A DNA stretch of 64,000 nt from Chlorokybus atmophyticus (Eukaryota; Plantae; Mesostigma and Chlorokybus algae): NCBI GenBank assembly GCA_009103225.1, contig RHPI01002119.1, forward strand, positions 1-64,000, given 5' to 3'. The translations under genes were made by a program, and so were the position numbers. Under the pieces are notes generated by a model that was given only the letters and a program-made list of their open reading frames with translations, was not told the DNA's origin and did not search any database. Positions 38,036 to 49,600 of the stretch are shown piece by piece (position 1 is the first letter of the stretch; the number at the start of each line of letters is the position of its first letter).

Positions 38036-40512
38036 CTAATCCTCATCTTCTCCACCAGGACCGCTCGGCTTCTTGGGCCCTCCTGCCTGCTTTGCCATAA
38101 TGATCTGGTCTACACGCAACACGGTGACCGCAGCATCCGCCGCGAGCTTGATTGCCCACCATTTGACTAAGTGCAAGTCGTAGATTCCAGCCGCTGCCGC
38201 ATCATCCAACACGCCACCATTGTCCCCTTCAACATCCACACCCGCACCACTCTTGCCTGCTGCATGCGCCGCATACAGCGATGACACTACTTCTGTGGCG
38301 TTGAGCCCAGCGTTCTCCGCCAAAGTCCTCGGCACCACCTGCTCAGCATTGCAACAAGCATGTTTAGCGCTGCATGTTTAGCCGCATGCAAGACACACAA
38401 GTTTGCAAGTGCGTGGCTTTGGCTCAGGACATTATACCACTGAGCAACAGCCATGCAACCCACCTCCAGAGCTTGTGCAAACTTGGCAATAGCGTATTGT
38501 GACAGACCCGTTTCCTTGCGCCCGATCTCAGCTAACTGCCGTGCAACCTCCAACTCAGTCGCTCCCGCTCCAGGCACAATCTTTGGATCCTTGCATATCG
38601 CCTTGTAAGTGTTAACACCGTCATCAACTGCGCGCTCGATGTCGTCTAGAATGTTGTCAGTGGCTCCGCGCACAACCACTGTTGCAATGGATGATGCCGA
38701 GGACGAGTCCTGTAGCCATGAGGAGAGAGCAAATAATCAACACTCAAGGCAAGCTTACAACAGGCTTACTAAAGAGCAGAGTCACAGCGCTACATTGCCA
38801 TTGATACCAACCAGTGGACGACGTCAAGCTCATTGCCCATGACCGGACAAGTTGGCGGCAATGAATGCTAACATTGCATTTATCCGTAGACAGGTGACAT
38901 GCTTGCAACTTACTTGTCGCACGACAGTTACTTGCTGGCCGCCAATCTCTTGGACATCGATTGTGTCAGCCCAGCCGAGCTCATCTGGAGAGGGTGCAGC
39001 AAACTTGACAAGAGCAGTCGCATTAACAGCCTTGCAGAACCGCCGCAGTTCAAACTTGGAGGTAATCTTCAGTGCGAGCATGTTGTAGCGCTCCAGGAAA
39101 TGAAGAGCCATTTCACCAATGCCCGCACCACTGACCACAACTGTTGCGCCAGCGTCAGCTATGCTCTTGACGATGGCCTCCAGCTTGGCTTCTTCGGACT
39201 TTGCATAATTCTCAAGTTGTTCCGCAGACTCAATCAGCACCGTGCCCTTGGTTTCCGTGTCGGAGGTGTCCACGCCGCTGGCAAAAACAGCAATCCGTGC
39301 TTGCTTTGCGTGTGTCTTTGTTCCTTCCGGTGAGCGCCGCACCACCACACCAGAAACAACTCGACTGTCGCGCAATCCCCCGCCAGGCAGCTTGCACACC
39401 CTCACGTTGTCCACGTTGAAAGCTGCACCGTCTTTCTTTGGGGTCACTGCAATGCAGGCGTCTGTGATCAACGGTGCGAGGATTTGCTCGCGTCCGTACT
39501 GCTTGCTTGCAATGGCGGAGCGTATCCTTTGCTCAACCGCCGTCTTGTCTCGTACGTCAATCTTATCAGAACCTGGAATGACCTGCCATACTCCAAAATA
39601 ACACAACCCACATTACTTCTTGTCCAGCCATAACTACTCCGCACTGCCTACCCAACTTCAAAACCTGAAATGTCTCGTTCAACAGTAAAGGCGCACCTGT
39701 TTGTCGAGGAGGTCGAGTGTGTGCTGGGCGGCTGTGACATACCCTTGAATAATCTCAGATGGATGGAGGCCGTCACGCAAGAGGTCTGCTGCAAGTGACA
39801 ACAAGTCGCCCGCAAGAGACAGCACGAGGTTGGTGCCGTCACCTGCTTCTGCCTGCTGTGCCTGCGCCGCCATCGCCACCAGCTTGGCTGCTGGATGCGC
39901 AACCTGCACCACGGTAGCTCAAGATTATCCCCATTCTGCATGCATTGCATGCAAGCAATGGGCACAGTGACAGTGACCAAACAACCATTCTCACCTCCAG
40001 CTCTCGCAAAATGGTGGCTGCGTGTGCTGTCACAATGAGCTTGTCCAAATGGTTAATCACCATCTGTAAGCAACCAAAACAGCACAAAGTTAAACCGGAA
40101 CTGCCGTAGATGGTCATAGTATTAGCGCATAAAATAAAACATTCAGAAAGACACGACCAACTTGTGCAAATGCATGCAATCACCAATCATGCCAATCGTG
40201 CCAATGTACAAATCTATCTCGTAGTAGTACATGTCGTCACTTGTGATCAACAAGCGAGAGAGACAAGCACTGAAGCTTGCAGGCTAGCACGTGATCAACA
40301 ACAGTAAGTTGCACAAGAATGTTAACAAGGGAAGCAAATGCATCATGTGTCGCTAGAGCACTCCTTATCACCTTTTGCAATCCATGCGGTCCAAGGCTCG
40401 TGCGTGTCATGGCTGCCAGTTGTCGGCATGCTTCAAGGTTCTTGATGACGGCCTCTTCCAGGCCAGACAGGTGCCTGTGGCCCTCTTTGAGCAGCGACTG
40501 AAGTGACGACAT
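38036..40512 (-). CDS. CCT8: T-complex protein 1 subunit theta (chaperonin CCT8); 6 exons
   Basis: GLEEAVIKNLEAC..TSLGP..MVINHLDKLIVT, GDGTNLV, SKFELRRFC, VPGAGATELE, VDQIIMAKQAGGPK. Five GT-AG introns. Confidence 0.94.
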
Positions 40513-40682
40513 GATGCTTCACAGCCAGCTCTGCAAGCCCTAAGCAAGCCGTGTGCAATGCTCCCCTCCCTTTCCTGAGGACCCGCTTGATGCCGCCGAC
40601 ACCCTCCGACCACGGCAGCAACGGCGGCGGCGGCAGAAATGGCGCCAAGGCTAGACGTTGTAGTTACTCCGACTGTTGGCCG

Positions 40683-40692
40683 GTTAGGGTTT
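40683..40692. promoter_or_regulatory. Telo-box (AAACCCTAAC on the minus strand) upstream of CCT8
   Basis: GTTAGGGTTT about 170 bp before the CCT8 ATG. Confidence 0.4.
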
Positions 40693-40764
40693 GGGATTGC
40701 TAACGTTAGTCCTACCCTTCGTGTCACGATATTTGTTCAACGCCGTTGATCGGACGGTGGCCAT

Positions 40765-41334
40765 GCTGCTTGAGAAGCCGTTAGGGTGGCAAAGGCTGGT
40801 TTTTACACGTGTGCTGCACGTCGTAAGAAATTGGGACAACCACAATCGTATAAGAGTTGCATCCTAAATTAGGTCAATCACAGCAGCTGGAGTGATGAGA
40901 TCTCTCCTTAATGTGGCGAAACCTGCAAGCAATAGTTGTTAGCATTGCTTGAGTAAATATCACAATATTGTATTAGGATCAGGTTTTCGTGCACGTATGC
41001 ATGCACCCTTGCACACACATACGTGCATGTTGTCCAACATAACAGAGGTTGCTGCTTGAGAAGCCGTTAGTGTGGCAAAGGCGGGGTTATCATGTGTGCT
41101 GCACGTTGTAAGAAATTGGGACAACCACATTGTATAAAGGTTGCAGCCTGAAGTAGGTTAATCACAGCAGCTGGAGTAACGAGATATTTTTGCTGTGGCA
41201 AAACCTGCAAGCAGTAGAGTTGTGAGCATTGCTTAACTACTATCACATTTTTCGTATTAAGATCATGTTTCTGTGCACGTAACCATGCACACTTGTACAC
41301 ACATCTGTCAATGTTGTACATCATAACAGAGGTT
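40765..41334. repeat. Diverged tandem duplication of a ~285-bp unit
   Basis: Copy 1 is 40765-41050 and copy 2 is 41051-41334. Both start GCTGCTTGAGAAGCCGTTAG and end CATAACAGAGGTT, and are collinear throughout. Confidence 0.92.
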
Positions 41335-41857
41335 CATTGCTCATTAATTCTGATTGATTATCTGCAACTTGCATACCTTATTGTAGTGGTTATGCATGCC
41401 CCAGTGCGTGAACTGTTTTCGCTTCAAGTGATTGCATGTTTATTTTATGCCATAAATGAACCATATCTTATGCTTCACACAATGCGTTGCATTTTTCAAC
41501 TTTACGCACGCACATGCAAAACTGTAATCCATGTTCGAAGAGATAGTGCATGTATAAATGCATTACGGGTGATGTACATCGATAATGTCTTTCTCTCATT
41601 CTAAGTGGGCAATGTCCTCTTATCGGACAGATTTGCATGTCACTCACATGCACATTGAATGTGACAGAGGGCATGTTCAAGTGGAGGTGGTGACAGGTCA
41701 CATCATGTGGGCTTCAGGCCTTATGATACCGTTCCTGAGTTTCGCATCGCGTCCACTGAGCACTGAGCCTAGGCGCCACACGCTGCACGTTGGCTGGCGC
41801 CCTGTTCAAACAAACGCCTGTGCGCAAAGCTCAAGCATCCCGCCAGCCACAACGGCA

Positions 41858-44650
41858 ATGCAGGCGCCGGGGGCGTGCACGCCGCCCGGCGGAGGTGGTG
41901 TTCCTCCTGGGGGAACAGGCGGCGGCGATGGCTGCGCTGGGCGCCCTACTGTCCGCAGCGCCAGCGTCCCCCGCCGGCGCCCCAAGGCCCGCATTCCAGA
42001 CAGCGACGGCGGCAGCAACGGCAGCAGCAGCTGGAGGCGGGCGGCGTCGGTGCTCAGGCAGCGCCCGGGCACAGCGACGGCCTCCTCCTCCTCCTCCTCG
42101 TTGTCGTCGGTCCTGTCGGCATTCAAACACCCTAGCTCCGTTCCTAAGCGCCGGCGCCACCAGTGGACGCATGGCCTGGCTGCAGCGGCGGGGGTGCGAG
42201 CTGGCGGGGTGGTTGAAGCCAAGGAGGCGGTGAGAGAGGCGGAGGAGCAGAAGGGCATGGAGATTGCTGTGCCTGCATTGGTGGTGGAGGCGGAGGAGGC
42301 TGCGGCGGCGGCGCCCGGGCTGCAAGCAACGCCTTGGGACTGGCTTGCAGCCCGGTGGCAGGAAGTGCTGCGCCAGCACCTTCACCACCCTCCAGTGGCG
42401 GCTCAGCTGGCGCATGTTGGCGATGACGACAAGGACAGCGGGCTGCCTGCCGCATCTGCCATGCCTGCTACCGTTGAGCACGAGGAGCCGCCTGCCAAGC
42501 AGGAGGATATGCACACCCTAAAGCGCCTCATGGTACGGCGTCAGTGCACGTGTGTGGTGCAGGGTTAGCATACAGCGCATGGCTTTCTAGGTGATGTGAC
42601 TTGCTGACCGTAAGCTTCCCTTGTCGGTGGCCATACAATGCAAGCCTATGCGTGATATTTGCAGTCGTTCGCGCATATAGTGGACCCGTCAGTGCATTCG
42701 CATGCGCTGCATTGCTGCTACGTTCACAGAAGCAAGCTCACTACGCACTTTCGTGACACTGCATGCCAATCTTGTCATCATTAACCGCATTGAGACTTGC
42801 ATGTAAGCACAGAGGCACCACCTGTCTTGTCTATAATCCATTTTCTTGCACATACCACTCACAACAAGGTACCTCTGAGCTTGCGTTCAACATTGCAAGC
42901 ACAGCTCATCAAACAAGTCTAGCCTGTGCATAAACTACAGCACCTGCTCGGGTATCGCATTCTGCTACTGAAAGGTGCTTTGAGTATTGCATAAAGCTTT
43001 CATAATTGTGAATAGTCAAGAAGTGCATCATCCCGCACTCTCTTTGGCAACTGGGCCTAAGGTCATGCTTGTCGGCTTCCAGCATGCCTCATGATGCACT
43101 TCTTCTGCAGAAGCATCCCAGTCTCCGTCTCCATGATGGCATCTGCCTGTGCATGGCTGTCACTCAGCGCAGTGCTGTATTTCCATACCTAGAATACGTC
43201 TCCAGTGGCAGTTCTGAGCAGTTGCATGTAGGGTTGGGGCGGGTTGGCTTCAATTGAATCAATATTATGTTCAAATGCAGCGGGAGGCGTATGGCGAGCT
43301 GGTGCTTGTGCGAAGCAGGATGGATCGCCTTGAGCAGCGCACTGGTCTGCGGCCACGGCCCGACCTTGGTCCTGCAGCCTCGGAGGTGTCGGCTGCAGCT
43401 GCTGCCGGCATGCCCAGCCTAGATGCCAGTGCTGCTGGTATGCCGTATGGCCAAACGCGCACACGTCTCATGGGCCACGTTCGCACCACCGCTGGATACA
43501 TCTCAGTGGACCCCGGACAGGTAGCAAGCCCACAGTACTCGTAGAAGATGAAGATGAGCCATTGCTGTAGTGTGGCTGACTTATGCACAATGGCAGGTGG
43601 AGGATGCACAGAGAGCACTAAGGGAGTCGGAATTTGATACTGGAGGGCGTTTAAGGGTTCGATTTGAGTCCGCTGTTCGTGAAGAGGATGCACTGATTGC
43701 TGAGTGTGAAGCAGACGCGTCGGGCATTGGCACGTTCAGACTCAGCAAGCTCATGTACCGAGCACAGCTGGCTGAGGGGCGCGCACAGGCAGCTGTCAGT
43801 GCCGTCGGTGCACGCGGGGCTGATCTTGTAGAAAACCTTGATGCTGTCACGGGTGATGGCCTAACGGCACGCTATGGAGCTGGTGCAGAACTGCTGCGAG
43901 CCTGCGATGGTGGCGCAGGCGCCGGCATTGAGTGGCGTTCTGATCGCACTGCTGTTAATGCAGCCGTATTTTTGAGCAGCCAAGCCGAGGGCCTGTCACA
44001 AGCAGCGCTTGCACAGGTGTGTAGCCTTTTTACACATGTGAAGCCTCTTGGTGGAATGGCAGTCTCTTTGCTAAAAGGTTCTGGGATCATTGCTGACAAG
44101 TGCATGATGGCAATGGCAGGCTGTGTTGCGACTAAACGAGAGCAATGCCGTTTCGCTGATGGTGGCGCAAAGAGCCTGGTCAAGCAGTTCCACCTTGCGT
44201 GAAGCGGCTCCACTGTTGTTCAGCAGTCTTAAGCATGGTGGCCAAGCACCTGCATTGCACAACGGCAGCACGTCCCGTGAGGGCGCCAGCACAAGCAATG
44301 AGGCCGAAGAGCAACTGCCTCAGCCTAGGTCTTATGTAGGCATTTCCACAGCCTTGAAGTTCAATGAGGTCTGCACATTCACGGGTTGGGCCTCCTTATC
44401 GCAACGCAGTGCACGCCCACATTGGGCTGTCACGCTTGCACCGGCGGGTCTTGGAGATGGTTGGTGCGTGCGCGCAGAAGGCGGTCCACCTCCAGCAGCT
44501 GTGTCCAAGGAAGCTCACGCGTTGCAATTGGAAGCGTTTCGGCGCTACACATTAGGGAATGGATTTGTTCTGCAGCCAGGACTGCTACATATTCGCCGCC
44601 CTGGCTTCCACTCAACCGCTGTGGTGTTCAACTCGCACTGGAGCTTCTAA
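41858..44650 (+). CDS. Uncharacterised protein: low-complexity N-terminus, coiled coil, beta-strand-rich C-terminal region (possible beta-barrel); 4 exons
   Basis: Exons 41858-42532, 43280-43519, 43598-44016, 44120-44650 join in phase 0. Contains LKRLMREAYGELVLVRSRMDRLEQRTG and VRFESAVREEDALIAE..LSKLMY, and ends VVFNSHWSF*. Start codon uncertain. Confidence 0.7.
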
Positions 44651-45428
44651 TTAAGGTGCTGCACAGAAAGCGATATACTGCTATTGGCTGCACAATTTTT
44701 GAGATATAGCTTGTTTTCTAGGAATAGTTTAGTAACAGTATTTTACACAGGTGTTATGACATTACGTAGTACATGCCCGGTAACTACTTACGACCGCTGG
44801 TTGAAGTCGATGCAAAACCTTCTAATGGTCATGGTATCAGTGTTGGCTTGCTACATCCACTGCCGGGATGCACTCGCCTGTGTCGGGTCGAGGAGAGTTG
44901 AGGGTCACGCTGTCTTGGACAGCTGCAGGGAAAGACATGATCGCTAGCCATGCTACTGCAACAAGTTGTAATGTGTAGCAAAAGCAAAAGATAACCCAGC
45001 TCTTATGGCGACAAGTGCTTTGTGGAGCTGCTCCGATGCTGCTGAATAATATGGACATGTGGAGTCGGTGTCCTCCTTCGTGTACATGCTGTGCTGTAGG
45101 ACACACAGTTAACAAGCTACTACTATAGCTAGTGCTGTTTACAGTTCTTTGCATGAGTGGAAGATGTGTTACACTGCTGAGTGAGTTGAATAAGCAAGCA
45201 ACACGTGGATGCTATGCCCTAACCGGTGCCAACACGCACACCGCAACCAGGCACACCAAGCTCACAGCAATGACAAGCGCGGTGCACACGAGCATGCACA
45301 GGCTTTCACACGGTGAGGGGTTTTTTGATGACCGGGACGGCGTGTTCGTAGTTCAAGTCGCTTCATAAGCTCTTAGCTTTCTCACTCACAGTGTCACCAG
45401 CTGATCCGGTAAACACCGTGACTACGTG

Positions 45429-45520
45429 TAACGGTCATATCGAGGCTATTCAAAACATAAGCTAACGGTCATATCGAGGCTATTTCAAAACATAAGCTAA
45501 CGGTCATATCGAGGCTATTT
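45429..45520. repeat. 34-35-bp tandem repeat, about 2.7 copies
   Basis: TAACGGTCATATCGAGGCTATT(T)CAAAACATAAGC starting at 45429, 45463 and 45498. Confidence 0.95.
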
Positions 45521-47444
45521 CCACATAAATCCCCACTCGATATAGAACACAACTTATAATTGAACTCACAACTGAACAGCTACGCGCAGTGCCTACGTAA
45601 GCTATGTGATGAGCTAATCTAGAGTCATGACCTAGCTACTGCTCAGTGACGCGCGCGGGGCGGTATGCATGTAGGCCGGGCGAGGGTTTCGATGTAGGCA
45701 TGCCCGATGAAGGCTGGTATGCGCGGACAATAGGCATGACACCTGTAAGGTGACGGCACCATCTATGCGATGCCAGAGGTAACGGTATGCATACTTGGCC
45801 ACATGTGCGTACTCCTATCCAAGTTAGGGCATGTGTGTTTGTACAAATTCGGGCATATTGCATTTTATACTGCGCGCTTCCTATTGCAAGGGTGGCAGGT
45901 GATAAAGCTACCATGCAGAGCAGCTGAGGGCGCGGTTCGTGCATAGTCTGGTGTTGTACAGGATATGCTGGCAGTAGATGGAGACATGCATGACCTCACT
46001 CACAGCATGACGACCAGCAACATGCAAGCACATTACAACACAACCACCACGCTATACACACTGTTTGTTCCTCACTACACTACACTAGTCTAGACCTCCC
46101 GTTCAGGCATGCTTACATGCATATTAGTAGTGCATTACCTGCCCACACGGGCTCTCACAGTATGTTGCTATGGCAATGTCTGGCCATAGCAACATAGCTA
46201 TACTGCTGTACTGACACACACTCATGCATGCATGCATGCTCCACCCCCACTCCGCCACATGCACGTAGTTAGTGCACGTAGTCAAGCTTTCCCCTGTGCC
46301 CGCTGTAATTGATAAATGTTTATGTTTGGGTGTGTACAAAAGGGGTGTGCTTGTATGCCGGCATGCATCGTGTGCGTGTGCTTAGTAGGATGTGTGGCAT
46401 TGGAATTGTGACATACTGAGCTGAGCGCGCCTGTCTTGGGCCGGCGACGTGAGGCTGCGATGTGTGTGATTGTAAACCCTGGTGTTGCACCTCTCTACTG
46501 TGACTGCTGTTGGCTTGTGCTTGGCTGTGCATTGTCGTATGTTTGGAAAGCCTACGCATACTCAAGCATATCTGTGCCTTCACTGGTATGCTGACTGCTT
46601 GCTGTTTGCCATGCCATGTGATTAACGCGAGTAGTGTAGAAAATATGCAATGCTGTGCAGTGTGCTGTGTTTGCTTACGCTTGTGCACAGCGACTGCCTG
46701 GCTAGTGTGATGTCATGCTGACGTATGCATGTGAAACCCTAACGACTAAGCGGCTGCCGAGTGATGGCAGTGCGTTAAGTGAGCTGGCGGCGACAAGGGG
46801 GAGAGAGGGGGGAGTTCGTTGAGTCTGCTGATGTCGTGGACGCTGCAAGGTTGACTGCTAACCACAGCCGTGCCACAAGTGATAATGGAATATACATGCA
46901 TGCATGCATGCATGACTAACGGGGTAGCCAAGTAGTGGTAGTTGAGTGCGTTAGAAGTACCTAGCCCGGTGGTGAAATAGCACTGTGACTGCTGCTGACT
47001 GTTTGCTTGCGGCGTGTGCATGACTACATGCATGTCTCATGCTTATGACCCCTTGCATGCGGTCTTATCAGCACTCCATCTTCTGTACACATTGGCTTTT
47101 GCCTACATCTGCGTGTGCTCTACCTGCTTTGAATCTTTTGCCCACCACTCGTGCTGGCACACGAGTGCTGGGCAACTATTTTCGCGGACATGCTGTATGG
47201 TTCCGACAGTGTTATCATTCATTAATTATTAATAAATGATGTTATCACAACACTTAGGTACAGTACCAGCTTGTGGCGTCCTTAATCTCCAATAAGAGCT
47301 GGCACTGCATTTGTGTGTGTGTCCATTGCGGTGACAAGTAGGGCTTGAAGGTTGCTGTGGTATGTGCTCAATGGTATGTACAATGCGAAACGGCAATGCA
47401 CATTGTGCGTGACCAAGCCTTGGCACACAAGCGACATGTTGCAG

Positions 47445-47768
47445 GTGCCACACTGCATCTGCTGATTGCTCTCATGGACGAATCACATGCAGATGAGCAG
47501 CAAGTTCCGCTGACATTGGAGACTCGAAGCAGTGGCAGCACAAGTGCATGGGCACACTCCGGCACTGATGTGCCCACGCTTGCCCAAATTAACAGCGCAC
47601 AGCAGGAACTGTTAGAAGCGATTTCAACAGCACCCGGCTGCCGTAAAAGGTATACTACAAGGTTGTTTGTACACTGTCTCACGGCATGCGGGGGTCATTG
47701 ACAGAACCGGCTGCATTGCGGGAGTCGCTAGCCTGCCGGCTTCGGTCCTGAAACGTCAAGTCAATTAG
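47445..47768 (+). other. Possible orphan 3' exons of an unknown gene
   Basis: Acceptor TTGCAG at 47444, open exon to a GTATAC donor at 47650, 55-nt intron, last exon 47705-47768 ending TAG in frame. No homology recognised and no 5' part found. Confidence 0.25.
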
Positions 47769-47799
47769 TCAGTGAACAACCGCTTGACCTGACAAAATG

Positions 47800-49600
47800 A
47801 CCAGAAAGTAACTGTCAAGTACAAGTCAACTGCACTTACTTCCATGCCTCACTTGATGTAATCAGGAGAATCACACTCCTCGTACTACTCTGCCAGACTC
47901 TCCAGTATCTCTTTTGACTCGTCAACTTGTTCAAGTTCAAGCATGCTGAAGAGTGACATGAACAGGCATCGCATTCAGAACGGTAATTCTAAAACAGCGT
48001 ACAATGTGATCATGTTGCTGTACACACGCAGAAGCACACAAACAATCACAGCTTACCTCAAAGATGGGGTGTTTCTGGTAGTTGTCAAAGCAGACCTTTT
48101 TCCGTCGCAGCTTGTCGTATTGCGCAAGACACCATGTGAAAGGTGAGGTGTCGTGTGCTGGTATGGTTTGCAAGCATCAAGCCGCTCACCTGTCAACAGC
48201 AGCTGTATCTCTACAGTTACAGAACAACTACTCAGAATTAGCAGGAACCTGCATGTGTTGATTACCCTGTGCGACGACTGCACATACAGGGACTTGCGCG
48301 AAAGCGCCACCTGGATGCTTGCTGGTCCCCAGCTGATCAAACTCGCCAGCTTGCGCTCACGTATGCGCTGCAAGCTTTTGTGCACCTGCTAACAGGACAT
48401 GTGTTGAGGCGAGAGTGAAAGGTTACACCACGTTGTGTCCACAGAGGGTGAGGAGGTTGACGAAGGAAGTAGAGAATGCAGGTGTAAGCCATCGACTATC
48501 CACACAACCCAAACCTGAGTGGGGTCGACTTCTCCTTGCTACATCTCAATCCTCAATGATGTTGAGGACTGAGATGTAGCGCGCTTTGCTGGCCTCTATG
48601 CTCTTGGCTTGCATGGACACCATCGTGTTCTTGCTCTGCAGCAACCGCCTCATCACATCCAGCACTGTTGTTTTCCTCACAGACGCCCCCTGCATGATTG
48701 TGATCAGGAATAATGAGCCAATGCAACATGCGAGAATCAAGTGATAACAGCAACTCGTGTGCACACCTGTCGCTCGATAGTCAGCGGCGTGTACCCGGTC
48801 ATGAGGAAATGGCAGCGGGGTGTGGGGATGAGAAAGGCCACAAATCCCACGAGATCGTTGTTCAGGTAGCCGGGATAGCGCAGAGTGGTAGTGGAGGCAG
48901 CCATGACCGTGGACACTAAAGTGTTGGTCTGCGCAAATGTCGGGTTCTGAATGTGCAGCCTGTCCACAGCAATCCTGTTCAGAGCGGTGTTGTCAAGCAC
49001 AACAGTCGCGTCGCAGTTGAGCGCAAGCCTCTTCAGAGTCAGGAGCCAGTTGTAAGGCTGAACAACCACGTCGGAGGTCTCATTCTAGATATAGAACACC
49101 GAGTAGGTTTGCACGAGCTTCTTTGCGTAGCGCTCATTCAAGGACTTCAAGGATGTAAGAGCCCATTGCTGAGCCGGTGCCGCCCGCAATGAGGAGTGGC
49201 ACAACACAAAACCCTCCAGGGAGTCGCTGCTTCCGTCAGCCTCACGGTCGATCATGTCCATGATGTCCTCCTGCACAGTCTCACCCTGATGGTAGCCCGA
49301 AGCCCAGTTGTTGTTGCCCGCCCCACCACCATGCTCCGCAACGAATCTGTTCTCATGGTTGTAGAGGTTGCGGTACTCGCCGTTCTGTATGGAGCTTCAC
49401 CCTGGGCTCCAGGTCCAGCAACAGAGCTCTTGGGATGTAGTGCTCGTCATCAGCCTGGTAGAAGAACACGTCCTTCCTATCGCCGCCCCCACCCGCAGTA
49501 GCAAAGGCCTCCAAAATGCCCTCTTGGACATGCCGTGCTCAAGACACAGCTGCTCATTGCCGCACTGCCCCACTTGCAGCGTGATGATCTCTCGAGGCAT
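47800..49600 (-). pseudogene. TUBG: Gamma-tubulin pseudogene
   Basis: [100 protein letters not shown]. About 7 codons lost after GN, several frameshifts, and stops at about 49087, 47890 and 47849-47851. Confidence 0.92.
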
